Origin: Octopus bimaculoides
Lineage: Eukaryota
Direction of reading: 5' to 3'
Length of the DNA: 64,000 bases
Assembly: GCF_001194135.2 (NCBI RefSeq)
Contig: NC_068996.1
Coordinates: 53,353,504-53,417,503, forward strand
Below, one piece after another: positions 63,495-64,000 of the stretch. Under the pieces are notes generated by a model. It had not been told where the DNA came from. It was given only the letters and a program-made list of their open reading frames with translations, and did no database searches. The translations under genes were made by a program, and so were the position numbers. Numbering within the stretch: position 1 is the stretch's first letter; each line of letters opens with the position of its first letter.

Positions 63495-64000
63495 AAAGGC
63501 ATAGGTAGAAACACTCGATCTGTAGCAAAGGCGTAGGTAGAAACTCTATAAGATGCACCCAGTGCAAGCTATGGACACATAAGAGGTGCAGTAATATCAA
63601 AGGAGGCTAACTAGGAAGATAGTTTTTGTTTGTAGCAGATGTTCAGGAGCAAAAGACACTGTAAATGTGCAGAAAACAACTTCTGCCACATTCCAGGGAG
63701 AAAAATTAGAAGTGGTTGATAGCTTCCGCTATCTTGGTGACCAAGTTAGTAGTGGGGGTGGGTGCGCTGAAAGTGTAGCTGCTAGAATAAGAATAGCCTG
63801 GGCAAAGTTCAGAGAGCTCTTACCTCTGCTGGTGACAAAGGGTCTCTCTCTCTCAGAGTAAAAGGCAGACTGTATGACATGTGTATGAACAGCCATGCTA
63901 CATGGCAGTGAAACATGGTCCGTGACTGCTGAGGACATGCGTAGGCTCGCAAGGAATGAAGCCAGTATGCTCCAATGGATGTGTAATGTCAGTGTGCATA
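63495..64000 (+). mobile_element. RTE-clade LINE RT fragment (continues beyond window)
   Basis: SICSKGVGRNSIRCTQCKLWTHKRC, LEVVDSFRYLGDQVSSGGGC, WAKFRELLPLL and LHGSETW. Few disablements. Confidence 0.85.

Noticed and set aside
1-64000. CRISPR array, rRNA, prokaryotic operon or defence system
   Set aside because: The sequence is eukaryotic, with no regularly spaced repeat-spacer array, rRNA motif or operon-like ORF cluster.

Overview
AT-rich, microsatellite-dense eukaryotic DNA from a gapped draft assembly. The repeat families suggest a coleoid cephalopod, probably Octopus (inference, not verified). There is one clear host gene: a Rab9 GTPase whose whole CDS (47262-47879, +) lies in one exon, with the ATG directly after a splice acceptor. 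A CpG-richer, promoter-like region at about 19.5-21 kb may drive Rab9 and possibly a divergent gene. The rest is mostly decayed mobile DNA: RTE-clade LINE fragments and tails, a Hero/R2-group LINE, a near-complete degenerate Ty3/Gypsy pol, two Tc1/mariner remnants, a hAT-like MITE and several tRNA-derived SINE families. The most notable signal is a set of short non-coding insertions with a shared architecture: about 12-bp target-site duplications, a tail-bearing 3' end, and an inverted tail-less copy of that end starting at a fixed position. One family carries a minimal hammerhead ribozyme, and one of its copies also has a tRNA-type Pol III head, consistent with a Penelope-mobilised ribozyme SINE. 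An RTE LINE with a twin-priming-like 5' inversion is also present. No CRISPR, rRNA or true tRNA gene is supported. All family calls come from visual motif recognition, not database searches.
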